This document shows positions 1 to 8,950 of a DNA stretch of 40,000 bases, piece by piece. The stretch covers positions 1 to 40,000 of the forward strand of contig NZ_JBPKAM010000019.1 in NCBI RefSeq assembly GCF_051216495.1, read 5' to 3'. This DNA is from Pseudomonas baetica. GTDB lineage: Bacteria; Pseudomonadota; Gammaproteobacteria; Pseudomonadales; Pseudomonadaceae. The translations under genes were made by a program, and so were the position numbers. A model generated the notes under the pieces. The model saw nothing but the letters and a program-made list of their open reading frames with translations, made no database searches and was not told the DNA's origin. How positions within the stretch are numbered: position 1 is the stretch's first letter; every line of letters begins with the position of its first letter.

Positions 1-13
1 CCCCACACAACCC

Positions 14-102
14 CTGTGGGATCGATCCTCCCCGCGAAAGGGGTAGGTCAGTAACTGAATTGTCGCCTGACACACTGCATTCGCGAGCAGGCTCGCTCCC
101 AC
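14..102. repeat. REP doublet (REPIN-like): degenerate copy at 14-38 facing a canonical copy at 81-102
   Basis: CTGTGGGATCGATCCTCCCCGCGAA matches the window consensus CTGTGGGAGCGAGCCTGCTCGCGAA at 21/25. The inverted TCGCGAGCAGGCTCGCTCCCAC lies about 45 nt away. The 22-mer recurs at 10 further sites in the window. Confidence 0.75.
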
Positions 103-125
103 AGGTTTTTCACAGTTCCTCTAAT

Positions 126-347
126 CTAAGCCTCCCAACCCGCCCCACTGACCGCCTCTTGCGCCAGTGGATGCAAGTCCGCTCCCTGATGCTCCGTCTG
201 CCAGGCCAGCAACTCCTTGCGCATGCCCGGCGTCCAATACATCTGCAGATGATTGCGCACACCGAGCACCGCCAGTTGCCGGTCCGGCTCGCTGGCGAAG
301 TACTGGGCGATCTGGTTGGCCATCTTGATCAGGTTGGCAGTGCTCAT
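126..347 (-). CDS. fdsD: Formate dehydrogenase delta subunit (FdsD-like small subunit)
   Basis: 73-aa ORF. Its ATG overlaps the fdsA stop (ATGA at 344-347). It is the last gene of the fdsGBA operon and its size and position match FdsD. Confidence 0.75.
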   Translation of the reverse strand: MSTANLIKMANQIAQYFASEPDRQLAVLGVRNHLQMYWTPGMRKELLAWQTEHQGADLHPLAQEAVSGAGWEA

Positions 348-3220
348 CGGCGCACCTCCGCCTTGGCTGCTTGACGGCGTTCCTTGAGCAAACGGTGCTG
401 TTCTTCAGTGAATTCCTGGAAGCGTTTTTGCCACTCCGAAGGGTGGTAGACGCGGCTGACTTCCACGGCCGTGACCTTGTACTCCGGGCAGTTGGTGGCC
501 CAGTCGGAGTTGTCGGTGGTGATCACGTTGGCCCCCGATTCCGGGAAGTGGAAAGTGGTGTACACCACGCCCGGGGCGACCCGTTCGGTGACCCGCGCCC
601 GCAGCACGGTCTGGCCGGCGCGGCTGCCGATGCCGACCCAGTCGCCTTCGTTGATGCCACGGCTCTCGGCGTCGGTCGGGTGGATTTCCAGGCGGTCTTC
701 ATCGTGCCAGGCGACGTTCTCGGTACGCCGGGTCTGGGCGCCGACGTTGTACTGGCTGAGGATACGCCCGGTGGTCAGCAATAGCGGATAACGACTGTTG
801 ACCTTCTCCTCGGTGGGCACGTAGCCGGTGAGCATGAAGCGCCCCTTGCCGCGCACGAATTGCTCGATGTGCATGGTCGGCGTGCCGTCCGGTGCGCCAG
901 CGTTGCACGGCCATTGCAGGCTGCCGTGGCGTTCCAGTTCCGCGTAGCTGACGTTGGTGAAGGTCGGTGTCAGGCGGGCGATTTCATCCATGATCTCCGA
1001 TGGATGCTTGTAGTCCATCCGGTAGCCGAGGGCATTGGCCAGCGCCACCGTGCCTTCCCAGTCGGCCTTGCCGCCCAGGGGATCCATCACCTTGCGTACC
1101 CGGGAAATGCGTCGCTCAGCGTTGGTGAAAGTACCGTCTTTTTCCAGGAATGAAGCGCCCGGCAGGAACACGTGGGCGAACTTGGCGGTTTCGTTGAGGA
1201 AAATGTCCTGCACCACCACGCACTCCATGGCCGACAGGGCCGCGGTGACGTGCTGGGTATTCGGGTCACTCTGGGCGATGTCCTCGCCCTGGCAGTACAG
1301 GCCCTTGAAGCTGCCGGCCAGCGCCGACTCGAACATGTTGGGAATGCGCAAGCCCGGATCGGGTTGCAGGGTGACGTTCCACGCCTGTTCGAATTGCGCC
1401 CGCACCGTTTCGTTGGAAATGTGCCGATAGCCGGGCAGTTCGTGGGGGAAGGAGCCCATGTCGCAGGAACCCTGCACGTTGTTCTGCCCCCGCAGCGGGT
1501 TCACGCCCACGCCTTCACGGCCGATGTTGCCGGTGGCCATGGCGAGGTTGGCGATGCCCATTACCGAAGTACTGCCCTGGCTGTGTTCGGTGACGCCCAG
1601 GCCGTAGTAGATCGCCGCGTTGCCGCCGGTGGCGTACAGCCGGGCAGCGGCGCGAATGTCGGCCGCGGGAACTCCGCAGATTGGGCCAATCACTTCCGGC
1701 GAGTTATCCGCACGGCTGACGAACTCGCTCCATCGGGCGAAATCGTTGCCCTCGCAGCGGGCGTCGATAAAGGCCTGGTCTTGCAGGCCTTCGGTGATGA
1801 TGGTGTGGGCCAGCGCATTGAGCATGGCGACATTGGTGCCGGGGCGCAGGGCCAAGTGATATTCAGCGCGGGCGTGTACCGAATCCACCAGATCGATGCG
1901 CCGTGGGTCGATGACGATCAGCCGCGCGCCTTCACGCAGACGACGCTTGAGTTGCGAAGCGAACACCGGATGCGCATCGCTGGGGTTGGCGCCCATCACC
2001 AGAATCACGTCGGCTTGCATCACCGAATCGAAACTCTGGGTGCCGGCGGACTCGCCCAACGTTTGCTTCAAGCCGTAACCGGTCGGCGAGTGACAGACCC
2101 GCGCACAGGTGTCGACGTTGTTGTTGCCGAACGCGGCGCGCACCAGTTTTTGCACCAGATAGGTTTCTTCGTTGGTGCAACGGCTGGAAGTAATGCCACC
2201 GATGGAATCTCGACCATATTTTTGCTGCAGGCGACGGAATTCGCTGGCGGCGTAGGTCACCGCTTCATCCCAACTGACTTCCTGCCATGGATCGTTGATG
2301 TGCTTGCGGATCATCGGTTTCGTGATGCGATCCGGGTGGGTGGCGTAACCCCAGGCAAAGCGGCCCTTGACGCAGGAGTGGCCGTGGTTGGCCTGGCCGT
2401 TCTTGTCCGGCACCATGCGCACCAATTGGTCGCCTTTCATCTCGGCGCGGAACGAGCAACCCACGCCGCAATAGGCGCAGGTGGTGATCACCGCGTGTTC
2501 GGGCTGACCCATCTCGACGACGTTTTTTTCCATCAGGGTCGCGGTGGGGCAGGCCTGCACGCAGGCGCCGCAGGACACGCATTCCGAGTCGAGGAAGTTC
2601 TCGCCACCCGCCGCAGCTACTCGGGATTCAAAACCGCGCCCGGTGATGGTCAGGGCAAAGGTGCCTTGGGTTTCTTCGCAGGCGCGCACGCAGCGGTTGC
2701 AGACGATGCACTTGCTTGGGTCGTAATCGAAATACGGGTTGGAGGTGTCTTTCACGTCCTCCAGATGGTTCTCGCCTTCATAGCCGTAACGCACTTCCCG
2801 CAGACCGACCTGGCCGGCCACGGTTTGCAGTTCGCAGTTGCCGTTGGCCGAGCAGGTCAGGCAATCCAGCGGGTGATCGGAGATGTACAACTCCATCACG
2901 TTTCGGCGCAGGGTGGCGAGCTTCGGCGTCTGGGTGTGCACGGTCATGCCTTCAGTGACCGGTGTGGTGCAGGACGCCGGATAGCCGCGCATGCCGTCGA
3001 TCTCCACCAGGCACATGCGGCAGGAGCCGAAGGCTTCGAGGCTGTCGGTGGCGCAGAGCTTGGGAATGGTGGTGCCCATCAGCGCGGCGGCGCGCATCAC
3101 CGAGGTGCCTTCGGGCACGGTGATGCTGCGGCCGTCGATGTTCAGGGTGATTTGCACATCGCTTTCGCGGGCCGGCGTGCCCAAATCGATATCGGTTTTC
3201 GGGTCGAAGAGCGTGATCAT
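344..3220 (-). CDS. fdsA: NAD-dependent formate dehydrogenase alpha (molybdopterin catalytic) subunit
   Basis: N-terminal Fe-S cysteine clusters (CRMCLVEI, CIVCNRCVRACEE, CVSCGACVQACPT) and a molybdopterin domain with VDTCARVCHSPTGYG. The start is taken at MITLFDPK (ATG 3218-3220), which overlaps the fdsB stop. The 40 upstream codons in the ORF track lie inside fdsB and are rejected. Confidence 0.95.
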   Translation of the reverse strand: MITLFDPKTDIDLGTPARESDVQITLNIDGRSITVPEGTSVMRAAALMGTTIPKLCATDSLEAFGSCRMCLVEIDGMRGYPASCTTPVTEGMTVHTQTPKLATLRRNVMELYISDHPLDCLTCSANGNCELQTVAGQVGLREVRYGYEGENHLEDVKDTSNPYFDYDPSKCIVCNRCVRACEETQGTFALTITGRGFESRVAAAGGENFLDSECVSCGACVQACPTATLMEKNVVEMGQPEHAVITTCAYCGVGCSFRAEMKGDQLVRMVPDKNGQANHGHSCVKGRFAWGYATHPDRITKPMIRKHINDPWQEVSWDEAVTYAASEFRRLQQKYGRDSIGGITSSRCTNEETYLVQKLVRAAFGNNNVDTCARVCHSPTGYGLKQTLGESAGTQSFDSVMQADVILVMGANPSDAHPVFASQLKRRLREGARLIVIDPRRIDLVDSVHARAEYHLALRPGTNVAMLNALAHTIITEGLQDQAFIDARCEGNDFARWSEFVSRADNSPEVIGPICGVPAADIRAAARLYATGGNAAIYYGLGVTEHSQGSTSVMGIANLAMATGNIGREGVGVNPLRGQNNVQGSCDMGSFPHELPGYRHISNETVRAQFEQAWNVTLQPDPGLRIPNMFESALAGSFKGLYCQGEDIAQSDPNTQHVTAALSAMECVVVQDIFLNETAKFAHVFLPGASFLEKDGTFTNAERRISRVRKVMDPLGGKADWEGTVALANALGYRMDYKHPSEIMDEIARLTPTFTNVSYAELERHGSLQWPCNAGAPDGTPTMHIEQFVRGKGRFMLTGYVPTEEKVNSRYPLLLTTGRILSQYNVGAQTRRTENVAWHDEDRLEIHPTDAESRGINEGDWVGIGSRAGQTVLRARVTERVAPGVVYTTFHFPESGANVITTDNSDWATNCPEYKVTAVEVSRVYHPSEWQKRFQEFTEEQHRLLKERRQAAKAEVRR

Positions 3221-4776
3221 TGTTCGGCCTCCGAGGCTTGCAGACCGAAGTCGGCGGGGAAATGTTTGAGGGCGCTGGCCACCGGGTAGGAGGTCATGCC
3301 GCCCAAGGCGCAGAGCGAGCCGTATTGCAGCGTGTCGCACAGGTCCTTGAGGATAATTACTTGCTCATCGCGAGCACTCTGATTCGGCGCGGCCAGCAGG
3401 CGGTCGATCACCTCCACGCCACGGGTCGAGCCGATGCGGCACGGGGTGCATTTGCCACAGGATTCTTCTGCGCAGAACTGCATGGCGAAGCGCGCCATGT
3501 GCGCCATGTCGAGGCTGTCGTCAGCCACCACCACACCGCCGTGACCGAGCATCGCGCCAATCGAGGCGAAGGCTTCGTAATCCAGCGGTGTGTCGAATTG
3601 CGAAGGCGGTACCCAGGCGCCCAACGGACCGCCCACTTGTGCGGCCTTCAGCGGCCGGCCACTGGCGGTCCCGCCGCCGTAGTCTTCCACCAGCTCGCGC
3701 AGGGTCAGGCCAAAGGCCCGTTCCACCAGTCCGCCGTGACGAATGTTGCCCGCCAGTTGGAAGGGCATGGTGCCCAGGGAGCGGCCCATGCCGTAATCGC
3801 GATAGAACTGCGCGCCCTTGGCCAGAATCAGTGGGACCGAGGCCAGGGTCAGTACGTTGTGTACCAGCGTTGGTTGGCCGAACAGGCCCTGCAACGCGGG
3901 GATCGGCGGCTTGGCGCGGACGATCCCGCGTTTGCCTTCCAGCGAATCCAGCAGTGCGGTTTCTTCACCGCAGATGTACGCACCGGCGCCCACTCGCACT
4001 TCCATATCGAATGCCTGACCGCTGCCGCCAACATTGGCACCCAGATAACCGGCATCACGGGCAATGGTCAGCGCCTGGCGCAAGGTGGCCACGGCATCCG
4101 GATATTCCGAGCGCACATAGATGTAGCCGAAGGTGGCGCCGGTGCAGAGACCGGCAATGGCCATGCCTTCGATCAGCAGGAAGGGGTCGCCTTCCATCAG
4201 CATGCGGTCGGCGAAAGTGCCGGAGTCGCCTTCGTCGGCGTTGCACACGATGTACTTTTGCGCAGCCTGAGTACCGCGCACCGTGCGCCATTTGATCCCG
4301 GCGGGGAAGGCTGCGCCGCCACGGCCACGCAGGCCGGAATCGAACACGGCGGTCGCGGTTTGTTCGCCGCCAATGGCGATGGCCCGTTTCAGACCTTCGA
4401 AACCGCCGTGGGCTTGATAATCGTCCAGCGACAGGGGCCGGGTGATGCCGGCGCGGGCGAACAGCAGGCGTTGTTGGGATTTGAGATAAGGCAGCTCTTC
4501 CACAAGGCCCAGGGCCAGTGGATGTGCTGTTGGGTTTTGGAGGGCTTCGAGTACGGACGGCACATCGTCTGCGGTCAACGGACCGAAGCCGATCCGGCCT
4601 TGCGGGCTGTCCACTTCCAGCAGCGGCTCCAGCCAATACAGGCCACGGGAACTGGTGCGCTGTAGCTCCAGCGGCAGATTAAGTGCCTTGGCCTGAGTGA
4701 TCAGCGCCGTGGAAACGTCATCGGCACCCACGGCACGGGCCAGCGAATCACAGGACAGATAAAGCGCCGGCATCAT
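3217..4776 (-). CDS. fdsB: Formate dehydrogenase beta subunit (NuoF/51-kDa-like, FMN/NAD-binding, 4Fe-4S)
   Basis: GRGGAAFPAG and ESCGKCTPCR motifs typical of NuoF-family proteins. The start is taken at the ATGATG at 4771-4776, which overlaps the fdsG stop (TGA 4773-4775). Confidence 0.92.
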   Translation of the reverse strand: MMPALYLSCDSLARAVGADDVSTALITQAKALNLPLELQRTSSRGLYWLEPLLEVDSPQGRIGFGPLTADDVPSVLEALQNPTAHPLALGLVEELPYLKSQQRLLFARAGITRPLSLDDYQAHGGFEGLKRAIAIGGEQTATAVFDSGLRGRGGAAFPAGIKWRTVRGTQAAQKYIVCNADEGDSGTFADRMLMEGDPFLLIEGMAIAGLCTGATFGYIYVRSEYPDAVATLRQALTIARDAGYLGANVGGSGQAFDMEVRVGAGAYICGEETALLDSLEGKRGIVRAKPPIPALQGLFGQPTLVHNVLTLASVPLILAKGAQFYRDYGMGRSLGTMPFQLAGNIRHGGLVERAFGLTLRELVEDYGGGTASGRPLKAAQVGGPLGAWVPPSQFDTPLDYEAFASIGAMLGHGGVVVADDSLDMAHMARFAMQFCAEESCGKCTPCRIGSTRGVEVIDRLLAAPNQSARDEQVIILKDLCDTLQYGSLCALGGMTSYPVASALKHFPADFGLQASEAEQ

Positions 4777-5249
4777 GCGTCCTCCTGGCAAGCATCGAGC
4801 AACGCATCCAGCCGCTCGGCACTGAGCCGCGCATGCACCCGACCATCCAGCTCCAGCGCCGGCGAACACGCGCAGGCACCGAGGCAATACACCGGGCGCA
4901 AACTGATGCTGCCATCGGCGCTACTGCCGTGATCATCCAGTTGCAGTCGATCGCGCAACTGCGCCGCCAACTGCTCGGCCCCACGGCTCTGGCAAGACTC
5001 GGCGCGGCACAAACGCAGAATATGGCGGGCCGGCGGCGAGGTACGGAAGTCATGGTAAAAACTGATCACCCCGCGAACCTCGGCCTGACTCAGGTTCAGC
5101 GCATGGGCAATCTCGGGGACAGCAACATCGGGGACATAACCGATGCGCTCCTGAATATCATGAAGAATCGGCAACAGCGCGCCGGGAGTGCCCTTATGGC
5201 GCTCCAGCAGCGTGTTGACCACAGGCAGGTGCAACTCAACATCAGGCAT
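4773..5249 (-). CDS. fdsG: Formate dehydrogenase gamma subunit (NuoE-like 2Fe-2S)
   Basis: 158 aa with the CRAESCQSRG ... CLGACACSPA cysteine pattern of NuoE-type ferredoxin subunits. First gene of the operon. Confidence 0.9.
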   Translation of the reverse strand: MPDVELHLPVVNTLLERHKGTPGALLPILHDIQERIGYVPDVAVPEIAHALNLSQAEVRGVISFYHDFRTSPPARHILRLCRAESCQSRGAEQLAAQLRDRLQLDDHGSSADGSISLRPVYCLGACACSPALELDGRVHARLSAERLDALLDACQEDA

Positions 5250-5709
5250 TCAGCAATCCTCACGGTCACGGACACACCAGGTGGTTGTCGGTTGTCCGAA
5301 AGTGTCGGCTGTGGCACTCACACCACGTCACGGTATCGTGGCATTGGCCGTTGGCCAGGGTGCCCTTGGCGGGCATCTTGTTGTGCCCGATGCGATCTTC
5401 GTCGCACCTCTACCGGGCATAAAGGGCAGCTTGCCACGCGGCTATTGATCGAACTGCACCAAAGCGACGTGTTCGGTTCTGCCTACGACTCTCCATTAAG
5501 TCTAGTAGAGCGGGGCGCGGGAGCCTCGGTCGGTGGCTTAATGCCTCTATGGGCTTGTCGTGGGGGATGTATAGCAAGCATTACCGGTGAGAAGAAGCAT
5601 CAGAACCCTGGGTAATTCTACGGAGCAGATGCAGGGGGGCTGACTCTGCAATCTCGATCGAGTATGAAGTCAGACTCAAGCCGTTCATTTGATAAACAGG
5701 GAAAGACCG

Positions 5710-6078
5710 ATGATTGATTTCAACAACAAAGGATTCTTCAAGCTCAAGCAAAACGACGAATACGCCGAACGCGTCTCCGCCCTGTTGATCGACGGCGAAC
5801 ACGTCATCGACGCCTACAAATCCATGCGCGACGGCGTGGTCTTTACCAACAAACGCATCATCTCGGTCAACGTCCAGGGCATTACCGGCAGCAAAAAAGA
5901 CTTCACTTCGTTGCCGTACAAAAACATCGTGGCGTACTCGGTGGAAACTTCAGGCACCTTCGACCTGGATTCCGAGTTGGAGATTTACTTCTCATCACTT
6001 GGTAAAGTGAAATTCGAATTCACCGGCAAGACGTCGATGGTGGAAGTTTCAAAGCTGATTTCCCAGCATTTGCTCTGA
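5710..6078 (+). CDS. Bacterial PH (YokE-like) domain protein
   Basis: 122 aa from MIDFNNKGFFKLKQ, with AGGGAAAG upstream of the ATG at 5710. The pattern ...DGVVFTNKRIISVNVQGITG...YKNIVAYSVETSG resembles bacterial pleckstrin-homology family proteins (from memory). Confidence 0.65.
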   Translation: MIDFNNKGFFKLKQNDEYAERVSALLIDGEHVIDAYKSMRDGVVFTNKRIISVNVQGITGSKKDFTSLPYKNIVAYSVETSGTFDLDSELEIYFSSLGKVKFEFTGKTSMVEVSKLISQHLL

Positions 6079-6127
6079 CCCCGTAACTCAAACGCCCCAA
6101 AAAAATCGGAGTTAACGCACATCCCTT

Positions 6128-6149
6128 GTGGGAGCGAGCCTGCTCGCGA
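6128..6149 (+). repeat. Single REP element
   Basis: Exact GTGGGAGCGAGCCTGCTCGCGA. Confidence 0.85.
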
Positions 6150-6175
6150 TTACGCCAGCCCAATCAACATCAATG

Positions 6176-6216
6176 CTGAATTCCGGTGAAGGATGCCCAT
6201 CCCCATTCAGTTTTTT
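6176..6216 (+). terminator. Possible intrinsic terminator after the PH-domain gene
   Basis: CTGAAT ... ATTCAG arms enclose an inner GGAT-GCCC-ATCC hairpin, followed by T6 (6211-6216). The outer loop is large, so the call is weak. Confidence 0.35.
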
Positions 6217-6218
6217 AT

Positions 6219-6719
6219 CTAAGAATGTTCACCAAGAACAAGCCTAGCATTCAGCGTATCCAGCAGATCAAAGGCGCTGACATACGGCACATTGAACTGC
6301 CGACAGATGTTGGGGATCTTGATTTTCTGACTGACGGGAGGCACCAGAACCTCATGGGTGACCACGGTCTGGCCGGTTGCGCTCGCCTTGGCAATCAACC
6401 ATGGATCGGCGCCTTCGAGAAATCGTGTTTTTTCGGTATCCCTGGGTAAAGGCAGGCTCATGACAAACCTGGTGATCTGCGCATAGGCATCCTGTGTACT
6501 GGAATCTTCGACTGGTAAGAAGTGGTTTGGTCTTTCTTTGGCCCAGTCGGATAGCTCGTCGCCGTAGTCGATCAATTCCCTGTACACGAGAGAAACGCTG
6601 GAAATTTTTCCGGCGTCATACGCACTGTCCAGCCAGTCCCAGAAGCCGGGACAGAAGCCCATCCGGTAGTGCGTGTTTTTTGCCTGTATATAGGAGGTTG
6701 TATCCAGCAGATAACTCAC
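6219..6719 (-). CDS. DUF4411-family (PIN-like) protein, putative nuclease/toxin partner
   Basis: 166 aa. The motif GADPWLIAKASATGQTVVTHE...KIKIPNICRQFNVPYV matches my recollection of DUF4411. Its ATG overlaps the stop of the upstream ImmA/IrrE gene by 4 nt (6716-6719). Confidence 0.65.
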   Translation of the reverse strand: MSYLLDTTSYIQAKNTHYRMGFCPGFWDWLDSAYDAGKISSVSLVYRELIDYGDELSDWAKERPNHFLPVEDSSTQDAYAQITRFVMSLPLPRDTEKTRFLEGADPWLIAKASATGQTVVTHEVLVPPVSQKIKIPNICRQFNVPYVSAFDLLDTLNARLVLGEHS

Positions 6720-7852
6720 AATCCAAGTTCCTTCTTAGAGTATTCAGCTAATTTGTGCGGCTTCACGCCAATCAGGCGTGCGGCGTCTCGGTAAAGCATT
6801 CTTCCGCTTAATGCTTCAGTGGCCACTGCTGTAGCGAAGGTCTTGCTGACTCGCGCAGTCTGCAACCGGTTATAGGGCGGGGTTCCGTTCTTGCTACGTG
6901 CCTTGTGCTCGGCGACTTTTTGGCTGATGTACGCGCCGTATTCGGACACTGTGATGAGGTTGAAGGTCAGGGCGCGCCTGGCGATGACCCAACCGCTCAC
7001 ATGGAACAATGTTGTCAGTGGAAAGACGTTGTCCTCCCACTCAATATTGGCATCCCAAGTGGAAAGGAATTCGCGCTCAGGCGTTAATAGCTCAGCCGCG
7101 ACCGCATTACAGAGGACTTCTTCCGCCCTGTGATTGGCGGGTTCGCCATCGGACACACCAGAGCGGCCTATCCAAATGTGAGCCAATTCGTGTGCCAAGG
7201 TGAACAGCCTTGCCTCGGGGCAATCGGCAGTATTGATGAAGATGACGGGGGCTAATTCGTCGCAGAGGGCAAAGCCTCGAAACTCCTCTATCAGCAACGG
7301 CCTGCTTGTATTGTTGTTGACAACACTGCTGCGCATGACCAGTACGCCGACCGTCTCGATTTTACTGATCAGGGTTTTGAAGTAAGCATCAAAATCGCCG
7401 CGATCGGGTTTTGGGGGCAGGTTCAAGGTGGATCGAATATCAGCGACGATCAGGTTGGGACTGTCGCTCAGCGAAAACTTTCCCATGACTCCATTTTCAG
7501 CAATGCCTTGGCTGATCAGATAGTCGCGATACCATTCCTGCCTTTCCTGAGCCCACCGAATGGTATCTAACAGGGCGAGACTGTACCCGTTGTCGCGCTT
7601 GCCATTGACCGTTCTAAGGTCCGGCAGAGGAAGGCTTTCCTCTGGAGGCTGGGAAAGATAAAGGTAACCAAAGGGGATGTAGGTCTGCCGGGCGTAATTC
7701 ATCGCCTGATTGAAGGAGGGTCTTTTCTTGCCTTGCTCCCATGCCAGCACATTGTCTTCCCGCGTACCCAGGCTTTTCGCCAGAGTGCTGGTGCTGAGGG
7801 ATGCCCGTTCACGCGCCCACCGCAGGACGTGCGGATTGATCAACGCTTCCAT
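6716..7852 (-). CDS. Fused XRE-type HTH / ImmA-IrrE (M78, COG2856) zinc metallopeptidase
   Basis: The N-terminus LRWARERASLSTSTLAKSLGTREDNVLAWEQGKKRPSFNQ is a Cro/C1-like HTH. HELAHIW (HEXXH) is followed by EVLCNAVAAELLTPE, which is typical of ImmA/IrrE. Confidence 0.85.
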   Translation of the reverse strand: MEALINPHVLRWARERASLSTSTLAKSLGTREDNVLAWEQGKKRPSFNQAMNYARQTYIPFGYLYLSQPPEESLPLPDLRTVNGKRDNGYSLALLDTIRWAQERQEWYRDYLISQGIAENGVMGKFSLSDSPNLIVADIRSTLNLPPKPDRGDFDAYFKTLISKIETVGVLVMRSSVVNNNTSRPLLIEEFRGFALCDELAPVIFINTADCPEARLFTLAHELAHIWIGRSGVSDGEPANHRAEEVLCNAVAAELLTPEREFLSTWDANIEWEDNVFPLTTLFHVSGWVIARRALTFNLITVSEYGAYISQKVAEHKARSKNGTPPYNRLQTARVSKTFATAVATEALSGRMLYRDAARLIGVKPHKLAEYSKKELGL

Positions 7853-7984
7853 GTGCGATTCCGTTTCGGTGTCATAACCATTTCAGAAAATGCGTCTACG
7901 CAGCTGATCCGAACGATAGCGGCATCTGACAGCAAGGGAAGGGCACGGTCGCGTGTAATTCGTCTCTAAATGCTGCGTATTGGA

Positions 7985-8005
7985 AGCCCCGATTGACTCG
8001 GGGCT
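7985..8005 (-). terminator. Hairpin downstream of the DUF3077-like gene (no U-tract)
   Basis: AGCCCCG-ATTGACT-CGGGGCT, a 7-bp GC-rich stem about 20 nt after the stop at 8027. There is no T run, so the call is weak. Confidence 0.3.
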
Positions 8006-8026
8006 GGCCTCACAGTCTTGCGGCAA

Positions 8027-8338
8027 CTACTCCTCAGCCCTCGCCGCCGCCCGTTTTGACATCGGCACAACCGTCCGATCCCGCGTCAGCACCTTCACCG
8101 CATCATCCACCACCGCCTTACTCATCGCCGTCAAATAATGCGCCGCCCAAGCGTGGTAATCCGTGTCCCGGGCATAGGCCGCATCCTTGGTCAGCGCCTT
8201 GGCGAGAAACAGAAAGTCAGAAGCCATGGCCAACGCATCGCCGAGCGGGACATCGCGGGTGACGTGGAATAGAGGTTGATCAGAGCAGTAAATGGCGGGG
8301 GTTAAACCGATGGTTTTGAATTCGGGTTGTTCGGTCAT
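8027..8338 (-). CDS. DUF3077-like small Pseudomonas protein
   Basis: 103 aa from MTEQPEFKT (ATG 8336-8338), with GGAGGTGG 5 nt upstream. PLFHVTRDVPLGDALAMASDFL fits the LF.V...DAL..AS.LL pattern I associate with DUF3077. Confidence 0.55.
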   Translation of the reverse strand: MTEQPEFKTIGLTPAIYCSDQPLFHVTRDVPLGDALAMASDFLFLAKALTKDAAYARDTDYHAWAAHYLTAMSKAVVDDAVKVLTRDRTVVPMSKRAAARAEE

Positions 8339-8950
8339 TGGCCACCTCCGAGGAGGGAGGGGCAATGGGGGAGGGGGTTACGCGATTGGGAGTTGCGTAG
8401 AGGGGAAGGCCAAGTTTTGTACGGATTTCTACTGCGCATGATCTAACTCCTTGATACGAAACTTCAGGAGCTGCCACGTACGTTACCACACGAATGGGTG
8501 ACAGCTGTGCGCAGGGTGGTAAACCGGGTATCAAGGAAACCGGCACGCCCGAGGGCGTCCCACGCACAGCCGCCATAACTCACGTGTGCGGGCATAAAAA
8601 AACGCCTGCATACGTGATGGGGGCGCTGTAGCGCCTTAATACATCGGGTTACCACACCCGGTCGCTGAATTGGCAGCGACGGGTGGGAGGGTATCGTGCG
8701 GATTTTCTTCCTGCAACCCTCAAAAGTCCTAGTTGCAGATCACCCTAGACGAAAAGTTTCATGTTCTCGACGTGTTCGTTGCGCGTTCAAGAGCAGCTAC
8801 GCTCATAGATCGCTTTCGGCTGATTGTGTTGAAAAAGTCGGTCCTTCCAGACTGTCCTCATACTGGCGAACCGCATTTGGCTCAAAGCTAGGCTATTGGA
8901 TCTTTTTGATACATCCTGACCTAATGGCGAATTGATATAGGGGACATGGA

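Noticed and set aside
60-374. The 104-aa plus-strand ORF at the window start
   Set aside because: It overlaps fdsD on the opposite strand and runs through a REP element. The product looks implausible.
344-3220. Selenocysteine recoding in fdsA
   Set aside because: The ORF has no in-frame TGA, and the catalytic position is a Cys codon (ARVCHS). No SECIS is needed.
1172-3289. Long antisense ORFs: 705 aa opposite fdsA, 481 aa at 3220-4665 opposite fdsB, 402 aa at 16523-17731 opposite tgt, 551 aa at 18144-19799 opposite secD, 526 aa at 20043-21623, 469 aa at 22986-24395, 524 aa at 26415-27989, 508 aa at 33882-35408 and 880 aa at 36841-39483 opposite rapA
   Set aside because: All lie opposite genes with confident family assignments. 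Their products are Arg/Gly/His/Ala-rich and low-complexity, with no start context. Stop-poor antisense frames are expected in DNA of about 65% GC.
5417-5436. A sigma54-like promoter (minus strand TGGCAAGCTGCCCTTTATGC) upstream of fdsG
   Set aside because: The GG and GC elements are not at the required 10-nt spacing, and TTGC is absent.
8400-8700. tmRNA, a tRNA fragment or a retron msr/msd as the identity of the structured gap
   Set aside because: There is no match to the Pseudomonas ssrA sequence as I recall it. There is no copy of the tRNA-Leu 3' end (GGGAGTTCGAGTCTCCC), and no reverse transcriptase gene nearby. It is kept only as an unassigned candidate structured region.
8732-8756. A possible att-like direct repeat: GTTGCAGATCACCCTAGACGAAAAG at 8732-8756 against GTTGTCATCCACATAGACGGAAAGG at 14730-14754, at the two island edges
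   Set aside because: Only about 19 matches over 27 aligned columns, and four gaps are needed. The shared TAGACG core also occurs by chance near queA (15521). This is too degenerate to claim without comparing an empty site.
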